DNA from: Vairimorpha necatrix
Taxonomy: Eukaryota
NCBI GenBank assembly: GCA_036630325.1
Contig: CP142726.1
Coordinates: 496,001 to 560,000 of the forward strand
DNA length: 64,000 bases
Direction of reading: 5' to 3'
Shown one piece after another: positions 49,160-61,103 of the stretch. The notes under the pieces are model-generated. The model had not been told where the DNA came from, did no database searches, and was given only the letters and a program-made list of their open reading frames with translations. Position 1 is the stretch's first letter. Every line of letters starts with the position of its first letter. Position numbers and translations under genes: made by a program.

Positions 49160-49738
49160 TTTATGCAGAGCTTCTCTTTTTTTTTAGATCATTATAATAT
49201 GAATAACTGTTAAGTCTTTCCTCGATTGTTTCTTTATATTCTTTGATACTAAAATAACTTATTTGGCTTGTATTATCTAATTCACGTATAGCATGTCTTT
49301 TTTGTTCCGGTGGTTAAATAAAATTCAACAGTGACTTTCTTAATGCAATATAAGAATCTGATGGTAAATAATCTTTTCTTAGATCGTGTATACAATCCAT
49401 GTAAATCAAAGCCATTTGTTCGTCATTCCAATCATTTGCTTTAGCTAACATCTCAAATTTTTGGAGTTGATTTATGGTTAAATCTTGTTGAATATCATAA
49501 ATGTTATAAATTTTTACTTTGCTCTTAACTGCAGTTCCTTGTATATTTTTTTCAAATTCTGTATGTTCTTTTTCTTTCTTTTCATCTTTGATATGAGTTT
49601 TCCTAGTTGAATTCAACTTGAGCTGGTCACGAGGGATGAACCCTCGTTTAAAGTAGGCCTCTAGTAAACTACTTGTAAACGGCTCCTTGGGCCTTGTTTG
49701 TTTATTATTATAAAATGTTTATTGTTACTTTTCTGCAT
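49160..49738 (-). pseudogene. gag: Gag N-terminal region, frameshifted; starts inside the 5' LTR
   Basis: FEMLAKANDWNDEQ gag-like motif. With the 3' LTR allele (one extra base), ATG 49738 reads in frame into ORF 49616-49314. Confidence 0.8.
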
Positions 49739-52012
49739 TTGCTTCTTCTTTCTTTTTGTTGGGGTAGAAAAATAATATTTTTTTAAAAATTTTTAAGAAA
49801 TTCCATTTTGGGAAAATGGAATTTTACATGTGGTTGTAATACCACAAACATAATATATTAAAATTTTTTTAAGTAAAGGTATTTTGCTTCAAATTGTAGA
49901 TATGACTTAACAATGAATTGTCGAAACAATTTTGCTCGACAAAGAAAAAACGTATCTACCTTTAAGCATAGATATCTGCGATGCTTTATATTGTAACAAA
50001 TTTATATTCTTTGCCTTTCCAAAATAAGATCTATTCTTATATTTATATTTCCTCCAACTTTACTACGTGAAAGAACCAAGTACATGTTATTGGACCTAAA
50101 TGAGAACCATAAATATTTTGATGTAAATCGCCCGAGTTAATGTTTTTTCTGTATACATCAAATCTTATATATTGTATACTCATTTCGATCATTATATCGA
50201 TGCGATTTCTTTTATAGAAAGTACATTAAGCCTTCTTATCTCTTTCTAGTTTCTAAAGACCATTGTAAAATTTTAAACTTCTTTTTGCCTCCTGTTGCTT
50301 CTTTCTCTACTCAGACATATTCTTGTGCGATAAGTATGAATTTTCCGATTTTATAAATTCATCTCATTTGCTTATGATACTAATATCGCAATTTATATTA
50401 AGTGTCTCATTGGCCATTGAAATTTCGCGATGTAACTATCCCCTAAATTTAATAGACAAACTCTTTAATGTATAGGCACAAATAATAATATCATAAGTGT
50501 TATGATATACTTTTACCTGTCTTGAAATCAATGAAACGTTACACAGAGACTTAACCTGATTGACAAGAGAGTCAAAAGAAAAAGCAGAATTGCTGGCCAA
50601 ACATCTTCTAAAGTTAAACAACGTTTTATATCACAATACATAAATTTTTTGTCATCTAAGCAGCTTATTGTTCTTTGTAATTTGACTTTTATAAAATACA
50701 GCAAATTCTGTATGAACCATACTGCTCGCTTCGCCAAAAATGTAATGCGATACATCAACCACAAAAATCTTTAAAATCCCATATAATGCTAAGCATGATT
50801 ACTAGTATAAATTTTTTGAATTCGATCTATAAAATATATTAGACTGCTATTGTTTGGATCCTTTTGTCGCGTTGATTATTTCTGTTTAGTTAGCTGGATT
50901 GTTTTTGCCGGAGAAAACAAGTAAAGGAGTCCTTTTTGTATCTCTAGCATTTTTATATATTTTTTGTGTTATCAACAAATATATTGACTTCATAGAAAAT
51001 AGCATTGTCATTTTCAGTATTAATACTCATCTTCTGGTAGATGGTATAGTTGGTTGGGATAACATTATAATTGTTTTTTCTTTTTTTTTGCAAACATAAT
51101 GAGCAACAAGAAAAAAATTATATAGTTCTTAAATTTTATTTATGAAGACAAGAAAACAAGATTTCTTTTTGAGTGTATAATATTCGTTTGGTTCGGAGCC
51201 TTAATAAAAATATTTATAATGTTGTTAAAAATTATTGCATTATATGCAAGAAAGGAGCAGAGCATAGACAATTTTCCATAATGCTTCTTCATATGCCTAC
51301 ATAAATAGGGGGATCGAAATGCTTTCTAGAATTGCTGTTATTAAGAAGATTAGGATTGTTAAGGAAATTGTGAAAATACAGTTGTTGCCCCTATCAATTT
51401 GTATGTTATGTATCACTATGCAATTTTTGGATTCAAGAGTTCTTGGAGAATTTATGTTTTAGATCATCATCAATTGTATCTTTACTTAGTTGCATTCTCA
51501 AAATTGATCGGGAAAACATTAGTAAAAATTATGTGAAGTTTTTTGCCACAATAACTCAAAGAAAATTTTTTTAATCATCTCCCACTGTTTATTTCTTCTG
51601 ATATTTTATTATTTGCAATTGGCATTTTAGAAAGCGACAATTCAGAAATAAGAAAATAACTCTAAAACGTAGGTATATACATTTTAGGTTAAATTTCCAC
51701 AAAAAATATTTTATAATTATTAGAAATCAACTTATAAACGTTTGTGTATTTTGATACAACATTTCTGAAAGGAAAAATTAAAGTAATTTTCAAAGAAAAG
51801 AAATTATATTTGAGTAATACATTATAAGTTAAATTACTCAAAATTAATTCCATATTTCATTGGAATAATTTATATACAATAAAAGTTAAGGTAATATTTA
51901 TTCTTCATTGTTTTTGTTTCATAATGCATAAAGGAACCATTTAAAAACGAGAAATCTATATTTCTAAGACTATTTAAATGGTTTTAAGTAATGTGTGTGT
52001 TGTAACTCTAGT

Positions 52013-52105
52013 TACCAATCATTGGTTGTAATCATATACCAAACTGTTTTAGCACAAGTTTGACCAATCCAACATGGTTATCACAAACCATGGTTTCAAA
52101 CACAA
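52013..52105 (+). repeat. ~95-bp direct repeat, copy 1
   Basis: TACCAATCATTG...TATACCAAACT...CACAAGTT...CAACATGGTTATCACA shared with 53971-54062. Confidence 0.8.
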
Positions 52106-52783
52106 TATAAAAGATAAAGTTTTTAAATAAATATGCAATTTCATTCAGACTCGTCTGCTATTTTCAACATTGTGAAAAGTGTAAGGGTTATAAAACTCCA
52201 AATTAATAAATCTTGTTTTTACATATCAATTTACAAATTTTATATTTTATTCTTTTCTACATTAAAGGGTAAAAAAAATCTTTCAAATGTATGACTAGCT
52301 ATAGCCTTTTAGCAAAAAAAAACATTGATGGACTTGATATACTCTTTATAGCTTGTTTTATTGTATACTTCCGCAAGAAAGAATAAGGTCGTCTAGTAGT
52401 ATTTTTTCGGCGACAGAGGAACCCCCTTTATGAACTAATGTAAATCTTGAAATCGATCGCAATTTCGCTAGAATATAATTTTATAATTGTTAATATTTTT
52501 AAGTCAACTTTGAGACGATACATTGTCTGATTTGCAAAAAGGGGAAAATTAAAAACTGGTCGTTTTATTGTCATTATTTAATTGTGTAGAAAGGTCGATA
52601 ATGATGAATTATACATCTTATATTAGATTTAGTCATACATGTTTGTTGGGTTGAATTTATTTTAGTACAATATAATATCCTCGCATAACTATAATTACTA
52701 TATATATTAAATCTAACGTTAAAACGTTAGTGATAAAATAAAAATAATATTATGTTTTAAGTAAATTTAATTCTTGCAGAAGT

Positions 52784-53213
52784 CTAGTCACGCCCTTTGA
52801 TTTTGTTTATAGTTTTATATCGTTGGGCAATAAAGACATTTTTTCGCATGCTTACACACCAGGCAAGAAGTCTCCGACGTAGAAGTACGATGTGTCTCAT
52901 ATACATCTTGTAGTATTATAAAAGACTGAGATGTAAATCGAGGCGCACGACTATATGTGCTCTTCGCTATATCCTCAGAAATATTTCTCATCATCCTATC
53001 AAAGGGCAGTCTACTACATAAAAAAGTAATGCTCTTTTGGTAAAACCTTATTTTTTTTAAAACAGTAGAAGTAGGTCTACTCATTTTCTTTTTGGTCCGA
53101 CTATGAGTAATTAAGGTATTTTTCATGCCGAAAAAACATAGCCTAGACTTGGTATGAGATCTTTTTTGGCTTTTGTCTTCTGCAATAGAAGTGTAGACAC
53201 GAGTTATAGCCAT
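52784..53213 (-). pseudogene. Divergent histone H3 variant (CenH3-like features), two C-terminal frameshifts
   Basis: VLKKIRFYQKS..LCSRLPFDRMMRNISED...RFTSQS...LQD...CKHAKK; shifted frames give MSLLPNDIKL and INKIKGRD*; CCCC before ATG 53213. Confidence 0.85.
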
Positions 53214-53970
53214 AAAAGGGGAATAAAATAAAAAAAATAAAAAGCAGGGGAAAGTAAACAAAAGAAAAAATATAACCATAAAAATACAACAATAAAATTA
53301 AGTGATAGAAAATTAATATTAGTCACGGGGAACAACATAATTAGTGAACACTGTAACCATTTTACCGCCTAAGCTTACAATCGAGCAATTAAGAACCAAT
53401 TAATACGCACCTTCATTTGTTTTGTGTGTTTTTATACTACATATCGCTTTGACAGTTCTGCGTTGATGAATGTCAAACTTTTCTTTTATGATGTTTTTGT
53501 CAGCTGTCCAATTCTTTTATTCATTGATTTTGAACGCAACTGGTACAAACGTGTTGCACACGCCGATAATAAGACAAAAACTATAAGATGAAACAGTTGA
53601 TAATGATTTGAAACAGGTTGTTTTCAGATACGAAATTAAAACTACCTAAGAAAAATTAAATATAAAATATGTCAATTAAAGATAGTTTATTTCATATTAA
53701 AACCTTCTTCGTTATCCAGCTCCCCTTCTGAAACACAAACAACAAGGGAATCTTAATTTAATGACTAAATTTTGCAAAGTTTTAACAAATAAAACTTTAG
53801 AATTGAAAATTAATAACTATTATCAAAAATATGATGTTATTTTTTTTAGAATATCAAAACAAAAGTATTACAGTAAATATAATACAGGCATCAAAACTAC
53901 AAATTATTAAATACTAACATGTAAAGTATTTTTCATAAATTTTACAATTAGTTAAAATTGTCTTTTAAGG

Positions 53971-54062
53971 TACCAATCATTGCTTTTCATCTTATACCAA
54001 ACTATTTCACACAAGTTCATTCATGTCAACATGGTTATCACAGATGATTGTTTCAACCACAA
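53971..54062 (+). repeat. ~95-bp direct repeat, copy 2
   Basis: Matches 52013-52105. Confidence 0.8.
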
Positions 54063-54090
54063 AAGAAATGTTTTTACAAACAATGTGTTG

Positions 54091-54561
54091 TATCCACCAA
54101 TGAGGAAAGTATTTGAAATGTTTTTATTTTTGATTTCATTCCTTCTTTCCATTGCTCCGTTCCCCTCTCCGGATAAAATATTTTAATAAATGTTGGAGGG
54201 AAAATTGAACGAATTTGGAAGGAAAGATTTTATAATATATTTTATGATATTTGGTATATCATACCATGCAATTTCTTTTTAACTTGTTTACTGTTTTCTA
54301 TAAATTATCTGTAGAAAAATTTTAACAATTGTATATGCGTTTGTAAACTAACTAGAATATTCTCCCATTTTTTGTTCTGGAAAAAATAATTTATTGACAA
54401 TTTCTATCCTTGTGTATTATCCTTGAGAGTTTTATTTATTTTCCTTATTCTTGGTATGATGTACTATGATATCCTAAATATCATAAAAATAGTTTATGAA
54501 TATTTTCCTCCAAAATTTATTTGATCATTTTATCCCGAGAGGGGTACAGAGTAATGGAAAG
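54091..54561. mobile_element. MITE-like element with long imperfect inverted repeats
   Basis: ~54146-54265 is inversely repeated at ~54460-54561 (CTTTCCATT.CTC.GT.CCCCTCTC / GAGAGGGGTACAGAGTAATGGAAAG). No coding capacity seen. Confidence 0.7.
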
Positions 54562-55124
54562 ATGGTCAAATTCCACTTTACAACCCCCCTTACATATGTA
54601 AATACCAAAATTAAAAAATATCTCTTTTTTTATAAAACCAAAATGCAAAAAAAAGGAGGAGAAAATAAATAATTTTTAAAGCACAAAAAATAGTTTTATT
54701 AAGTTCTAATTTGATCATATTATATGTAAAACATAAGAATAAAACAAATTTAAGTATCATTTTTTCTAAATTGTGTTAAAATAGATGTCTAAATACATGA
54801 AAATATATTTATTTTCTTATGTCATTATAATTAGATTCTAATGCTTATAATAATGTTTACATTGTTTTTATGCTGTTTAAAACAGATTTTAGATTTGTTT
54901 ATGATTATTTTTACTATATAAAAAAAAATTAGTTTTTTTGTTAATTTATTAGTTTTAAAAGACAGAAGAAGATTCAAAAACTCATATTGATGTTCTTTAA
55001 ATCATTCATATGTATTAGATAACATTAAAATTGTAAACTATAATTAATAAACTGCTTTACAATTAACTTCATTGATTAATATTAATATATGATTTTACTT
55101 ATTTTTAATTTAAAACATTATAAT

Positions 55125-55780
55125 TTAGTTGTGTTTGTCAAGGGACAGATCCCCAGTGGTCCTAAGATTGCCCTGGAGACCAGAGAATACCATGCTGTAG
55201 GTATTCTTCTTCTTCTCTCCAATTATGTTTTGGAGTGAAATACTTTATTTTCCCTCCCACAAACATAAAAGAAAATCATACCCATAAGGAAATGAAGAAG
55301 TTAAATAAACCATTAAGTAAAACTAACTCTTCTCGGACTGCTGGGCAACCAGTAGTCCACAGTGTTAAATGTTCATTATATATATATTATTATTTCTATT
55401 TATTATACATAAAGTATATAATAAGTACAGATTTAATCAAGTAGATAGAAAAATGAAATAACAATTAAAATTAAAAAAACGAAAAAATAATTTATTTATA
55501 GTTATTATCTTATTGTGGTATTATCCATGTTAAATAAAGTTTCTCTTCCTTTTCATAATATTTTTAGATGGGTTAAATATTTATAGTAAATATTTTACAG
55601 TAGATACTTTGGGTAAGTATTTACAATAAAGTAATTACAGGATAATCTCAGTAACTAGATTATCATCCCATAACAACGACAATTAATATCTTCGTGGGGT
55701 CATATCTATAAAAACAAAGAAACGGGGATTATTGAATGCTGGGGCAGATGTGAGACTCATTGGACAAATAAATATACTAA
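55125..55780 (+). ncRNA. Candidate large structured ncRNA of unknown class
   Basis: About 12 mostly nested helices enclosed by 5'/3' pairing, a GCAA tetraloop hairpin, and repeated G-U wobbles that pair only on the + strand. Confidence 0.55.
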
Positions 55781-56499
55781 CTCATCTGTATAAACATATA
55801 TATATATTTTGTATTCTAAAGAAATGGACAATGACACGCTAAAAATATTAAACAGTTAAATAATATGCTATATGAAGAAAAAATAAAAATATAACCTGTA
55901 GACGGTGGATAGTCCAGATATCATGATTGGTAATTCTAATCAGTAAAACGTCTCAATCTGAAACAATGTTTCAGAAAAAAATATAATGACCTTTTTGGTT
56001 AACAATCATGGGTAAAAATAAATATAATTCAACTTAATCTCATATTTCTTCTAACATTAACAATAACCTTTTAAATACTAATAATGCAAAATACGAGAAC
56101 TGTAATATTAAAATCAAAATTAATAAACCACATTAAATTTAGTTCTTTAGTTTTTGGTAATATGTATCCTACCACATGTTATGAAATAGGCCTTGACTAT
56201 AACGAGATGTTTCTTCTTATCTGTAAATTATTGGCAGCTATTATTGCTCAGTTTTATTACATTTGTTTTTATTTTATACTATAATATAATAAAAAAAATT
56301 CCATGAACAGCATGGAGCAACGTTTAAATACTAAGAAAAACTCTTTCTTCTCCAATTATGAAAAGCCACATTCTGACTACCAAATAAACAATCTATTTCT
56401 TGAATTTGACCATACATGGGGGTTTACTTCCTGCTGTTGCATTTCTGAATGCTCTTGCCACAGGCAAAAACTGGTTTTCACAAGAGATATTTTTGTAAA

Positions 56500-58915
56500 T
56501 ATCTCTTAATGTCCAACAAAAAGTTAAATACTGTAACGACACAATTAAATCAAAACTAGAGGAAGAACATGAATTTTTTCTAAGACAGAAATTGGTAGAT
56601 TAAATCTATGCCTGGGAGCGAAACACAACATTCAAGTAAATAGCGAAAAAGTATCTGTTTGTTAAAAGAGTTGGATAATGTTTAGCAAGAAGATATAATA
56701 GAAAAGAAAATTTAAAAATTAAAAAGAAGGAATCATCGGGGACAATAAAAGATCTGGTGCAGTATGATAGTCATGGTTAGAAATTGGATGTCCCAGAAGA
56801 ATGTGTAATCATTATAAAGAATTATACTATATTACAGTCACAGATTCATATATTTTTACTAAGAATTGACTTAATTTTTTAGTTGTTGTAAAGCTTCATC
56901 TTTATGATCCTAGACGCCACAAGTAAATTTAACAACGTCCTAAGGAGAAAAAAGACTCAGAACATACAGATTTTATTATAAGGGCACTATTCGTAAAATA
57001 GGATGCATTTTGAACTTTGAAATAATCCGGCCGTATTTGAACGTGCGAAGGACAAAAATTTAAGGTGCGATATAGAAAATTTATCATACCTCGTTAGATA
57101 ATATAATGATTTTTCTTAAAACCAAAGACAAACATAATTAACACTTACAAATAGTACTGGGTAAAATTTGAGCTCCCATATTATTCATTGATCTAAAAAA
57201 TGCAAATTTATAAAAATGAAATAAAAATTTTGGAACTATCATAAGAAGTGGATAAATAAAAGTTGACCCCGAACGAATTACTTAAATAAAGTCCCACCTA
57301 ATATCTCTACTATTAAATAACTTCGAGGCTTCTTGGGACTATTAATTATTGTAAAGACTTTATTTGAGACATAGCAATCCTCACTGATCACATATGATAT
57401 CCCGAAGAGAGAAAACAAAAGTCAAATAAAAAGTTTAATCTGAACAATAAGGAATTTGAAGTTTTTAATGATACATAAGTTGAAACAAGGAGAAATACCA
57501 TTAGATTTTAAGCCGACCTCAAAAGAAATTAATACTCATATTGAATCCTCAGATACATGAATAGGAATCTTTTTTTGCAAGATAACAAACAGGGGATAGA
57601 ATAAATGATTGCAGCATGCAGTAAAAGATAGACAAATGTCAAATTATCATTCAGTAACAGATAAAGTACACAAGGACCAGTAAAAGAAACAGCACACTAC
57701 AGACAATATCCAATATGTAAAATTGCCTTTAAAACTGACTACAAGGCAGTCATCTACTTAATGCAAACAAAATCCTTGTCGTGCAGACATTAAAAATAAG
57801 TAATAAAACTTACCGAATACGATTTTAGAATAGAACATGTAAAGTTAGTTGATAATATGGCAAACAAATTGGCAAATTTTTTCCGCAAGTAAAGATTAAT
57901 AACATAAACACACAACTACTTAGTGAAGAGGATAAAAAACACATATCGATGGGATATCATAAGATCTAGGACCTTGCCTCCGCAAACCCATAAAATTTAT
58001 GATTTCTAAAACTTTCGAGGGAAAAGCATAAAGAACTAGATAAAATATGCATCCAATTTCCAAAGTGTCTTATGGCGAACGGACCAAAAACTTAACCTGA
58101 AAACAAAGTAATCATATCGGACCCCAATAAACTCTAGGAAATTATTCATTGAAAAAAAATGTACTATAGTACGGAATCAAAGTATGTATTCTTAGCCTTT
58201 GATCATTAAACAAAATGGAATGAGGCTGAAATTTTGTTTAAAAAAAGCTTAATATATGTATTTATCGTGAAATAGAAGGGTTATTTTATAAGAAACACGA
58301 AATGCTAGAGAAGATTTTCACAGATTTAGGATTATAATTTAGTAATAAGAAAGTAATCTAACTACACAAAAGTAAAATATGGATTGAGAATTCAGTTCTC
58401 CGATCATCACAGACACATGGGCAATTGTAAAAGCATATAAACCTTTTAGAAACACGTTAATGAAATTGTCACTATTCTAAGAATAAGACTAAAGCCTCTT
58501 TTTTAAAAAAGCAACATTGGCTTTCAAAATTAAACTTAATTGGGCCGTAGGAACTCCACTCCCGTATATAATGAAATAGGACATCGGATAGAAACTGAAA
58601 TAGATAAGAAACTTCAAATCCTTTTTAAAGATTTATAAACAGACTTGTTAGATTAAAGAAACAGAAACTTTATTAAATATAAATAAGATGTAATTAAGGG
58701 ATAAAGAATTATCAAGGAAAAGTTGGAAGTTGGAGAACCAGCAATCATCTATAGAAGCTTGGCTAGAGAAGAATAATTAGGTCAAAATGGTTTGTTGGAT
58801 ATAAAACGCCCGAAATTATTATTTAGGAACCTAACCGAGAGAAGCCGATGAATAACAAAGGATAATTGAGAGGCAACAGAGTCACGTAAAAAGATATTCG
58901 TCAAAAACTGGGTAT
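56500..58915 (+). mobile_element. Heavily decayed Ty3/Gypsy pol remnant
   Basis: LRGFLGTINYC, KTDYKAVIYL, LTEYDFRIEHV and integrase remnants (LAFDH.TKW.EA, FTDLG..FSN) in Gypsy order. Confidence 0.75.
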
Positions 58916-59439
58916 GTTATAGCCCATCAAAACTGAAATCATCTTTTGACAAATGGTAGTATTTGATTGGCCCTAAAACTATTTGAAGTCATTTCCGCAA
59001 GCAAAGCTGGTCCATTCTCGTGAAATGTTAACACGAACAATTAAACCTTTGTTATCTTCTCTTTAATGTTTTGCTTATCAAAATCATCAACAACAATAAC
59101 TATACTTTAATTTAAAAAAACAATCAATACAATTGTTCTGAGGATAAATTTATTTTCGGACAATAGAACGAAAGAAAGAACACATCTAAAGTATTTGTCG
59201 CTGGTATGAACAGAAAACAAGCCAATGCCATATAGAGCGACAAATTAACCCTTTTTTGTTTTTTAATAATTTTAAGTAACAGAGTGGCGTTGGGGGGGGG
59301 GTAGAAAATCAATGCCTTTATAATAACAATCGTTGGCGCCAAGGGCTTTTTTTGATATAAACGTAAAAAGACGACTTTTTCGGAAAAGGCTCTAAACTGG
59401 GAAATTTTGAAACCCCCAAAGTTGAAAAATTTCGAGAAC

Positions 59440-60330
59440 CGAGAAACTCAAGATCTAATTTTTTCTTCAAATAAGCCATGGCCTTTATTTAAAGGCCATG
59501 GCTTATTTGAAGAATTTAAATCATGCTTAAAATGATACTAGTGTGTGGTTTTGGAGCATGACGTTACATTTTCTTACAGTTTTTAATTTAGATTTTCTAA
59601 CTTGTCTTGTAGAAAATCAAAATCTGTTTTTGAGGGGTTAAAAATTTTAAGTAAACGATAGACATATGCGAATACTTATTTATAATGTATTCATGGCATG
59701 AAAAAAATTAAGAATACAGCATTAATAAAAATACATTGTTTCATTAAATACTATTAAGAGAATAAAAAGGACTATCATAGATGTTATATTTGAAGATAAT
59801 AAGACAACGTGGGAGAAATAAGGGCCAGAATGCCCAATACAAGTAGACGAGAGTGTAATAATCAAAGGAAACCTTTAAAGTCACCATATGAAATCTGCGA
59901 TTCAATTAGTTTAACTACTTGAATAATTGGTGCAGTTGAAGAAAAACCAGAAACTAGCTCTTAAAGTTATCTCAAATAGAAAAAGGAAACTTTTTTTAAC
60001 CTTTTCTCTGAAATTTTTTTTTCTAACGTCTGTAATAAAAACTGATGGACACAGATCCTATCCATACGCCGTTGCTAGAATTGGCGGAGTACAAAAAAAA
60101 CAGTGAATCATGGAAAAGAATTCACCAATGCTGATAAGGACCACACCAATTTAATAAAATGTGAGTGGCCTCATTTTAAATCGGACATTAGAACGAGGAA
60201 TAAAATACCAGGTCTTTCAATGTCAGGCTTTATAGAAGAATATGTTTGGAGGCAAAGAAAATCAAACCCCGTGATTTGGGGCCTATAAAAACGCCTCTTA
60301 ACAATTTTAAATAAAATAAGTAATTAAAAT
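59440..60330 (+). mobile_element. Decayed Merlin element
   Basis: GPECPIQVDES, TDGHRSYP, VNHGKEF, HTNLIKCEW. Ends not resolved. Confidence 0.8.
59463..59514. repeat. Perfect palindrome, 25-bp arms with 2-nt spacer
   Basis: TTCTTCAAATAAGCCATGGCCTTTA-TT-TAAAGGCCATGGCTTATTTGAAGAA. Confidence 0.95.
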
Positions 60331-60479
60331 TTCTTTTTTTTTCTATCATTTTTTTTAAGTGACCCTTTTTAACCCCCCTCCCCGGAATAGGCTCTATTGC
60401 CAGATAATTTAAGAAAGAACCCCATGACATCTTAACGAAGAAAGTTTGTCAAAGGAAATTTTAAATTGTATATTACTAA

Positions 60480-60720
60480 AAAAATCTTCCTTTAAATCCC
60501 TCGATCAATTTATCAAGCCCAAGTCCCATTGGCTGGGAGTTGATCCGGTCTTTCGCTTCTTCTTTTAAAGACATTACAAAAAGGAGTATAAGCGTACCCT
60601 CTCTGTACTCCTGCAACCTCCCTACCTCTAGCAAGTCCTCTAAAACTGCTGTGGGTCGATTTTCTCTTCATTTCTGAAAAAAAATGTCCTTGTCGCCAAA
60701 TTGTTGGAGTGAAAACATAT
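60480..60720 (-). mobile_element. Possible 5' remnant of an LTR element (PBS plus gag start)
   Basis: Minus strand ...CCAACA-ATT-TGGCGACAAG followed by purine-rich RGR-type sequence. Confidence 0.3.
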
Positions 60721-61103
60721 GTTTATTTATTATAGAATATTTAAAAATTGCCCTGTCAAATGTCTCAAGATGGACACTGTTGAATTTGACATGTGTCACA
60801 CTTTCTACATTTTTATATACAAAATTATATTTTTGTTAGACATATCCAAGTTGAGGGGTATTTAATAATAAAAAAATAAAGTAAACAATGACATGAGAAT
60901 GTCACAACAATTTTAAACCAGTTTATTACCACCATAAAAGTTGGTGAACATTTTAACTCTTCTTATTTTTATTGAATTGGGCCCAACCCCTCCCCTTCAG
61001 AAGGTGTCCACTTTTTTTTTGACCCTAAAAATGAAGGGCGTATCTTAAATTCAAAATCACAGGGGTTAAAAAATTAAAAAAAACCCAAACCATTTATTCT
61101 AAC

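Larger units (their letters stand above)
45785..49846 (-). mobile_element. Full-length 4062-bp Ty3/Gypsy element
   Basis: LTRs 45785-46013 (229 bp) and 49619-49846 (228 bp) differ by one substitution and one indel; TG...CA ends; TSD AACAT; purine-rich tract before the 3' LTR. Confidence 0.95.

Noticed and set aside
53214-53279. Hydrophobic N-terminal extension on the H3-like ORF in the ORF track
   Set aside because: It is the T-rich promoter read in frame; the CCCC motif marks ATG 53213 as the likely start.
55899-55932. Loose similarity to group II intron domain V downstream of the structured RNA
   Set aside because: Triad is AGA rather than AGC/CGC, no GNRA loop, poor pairing and no domain VI.
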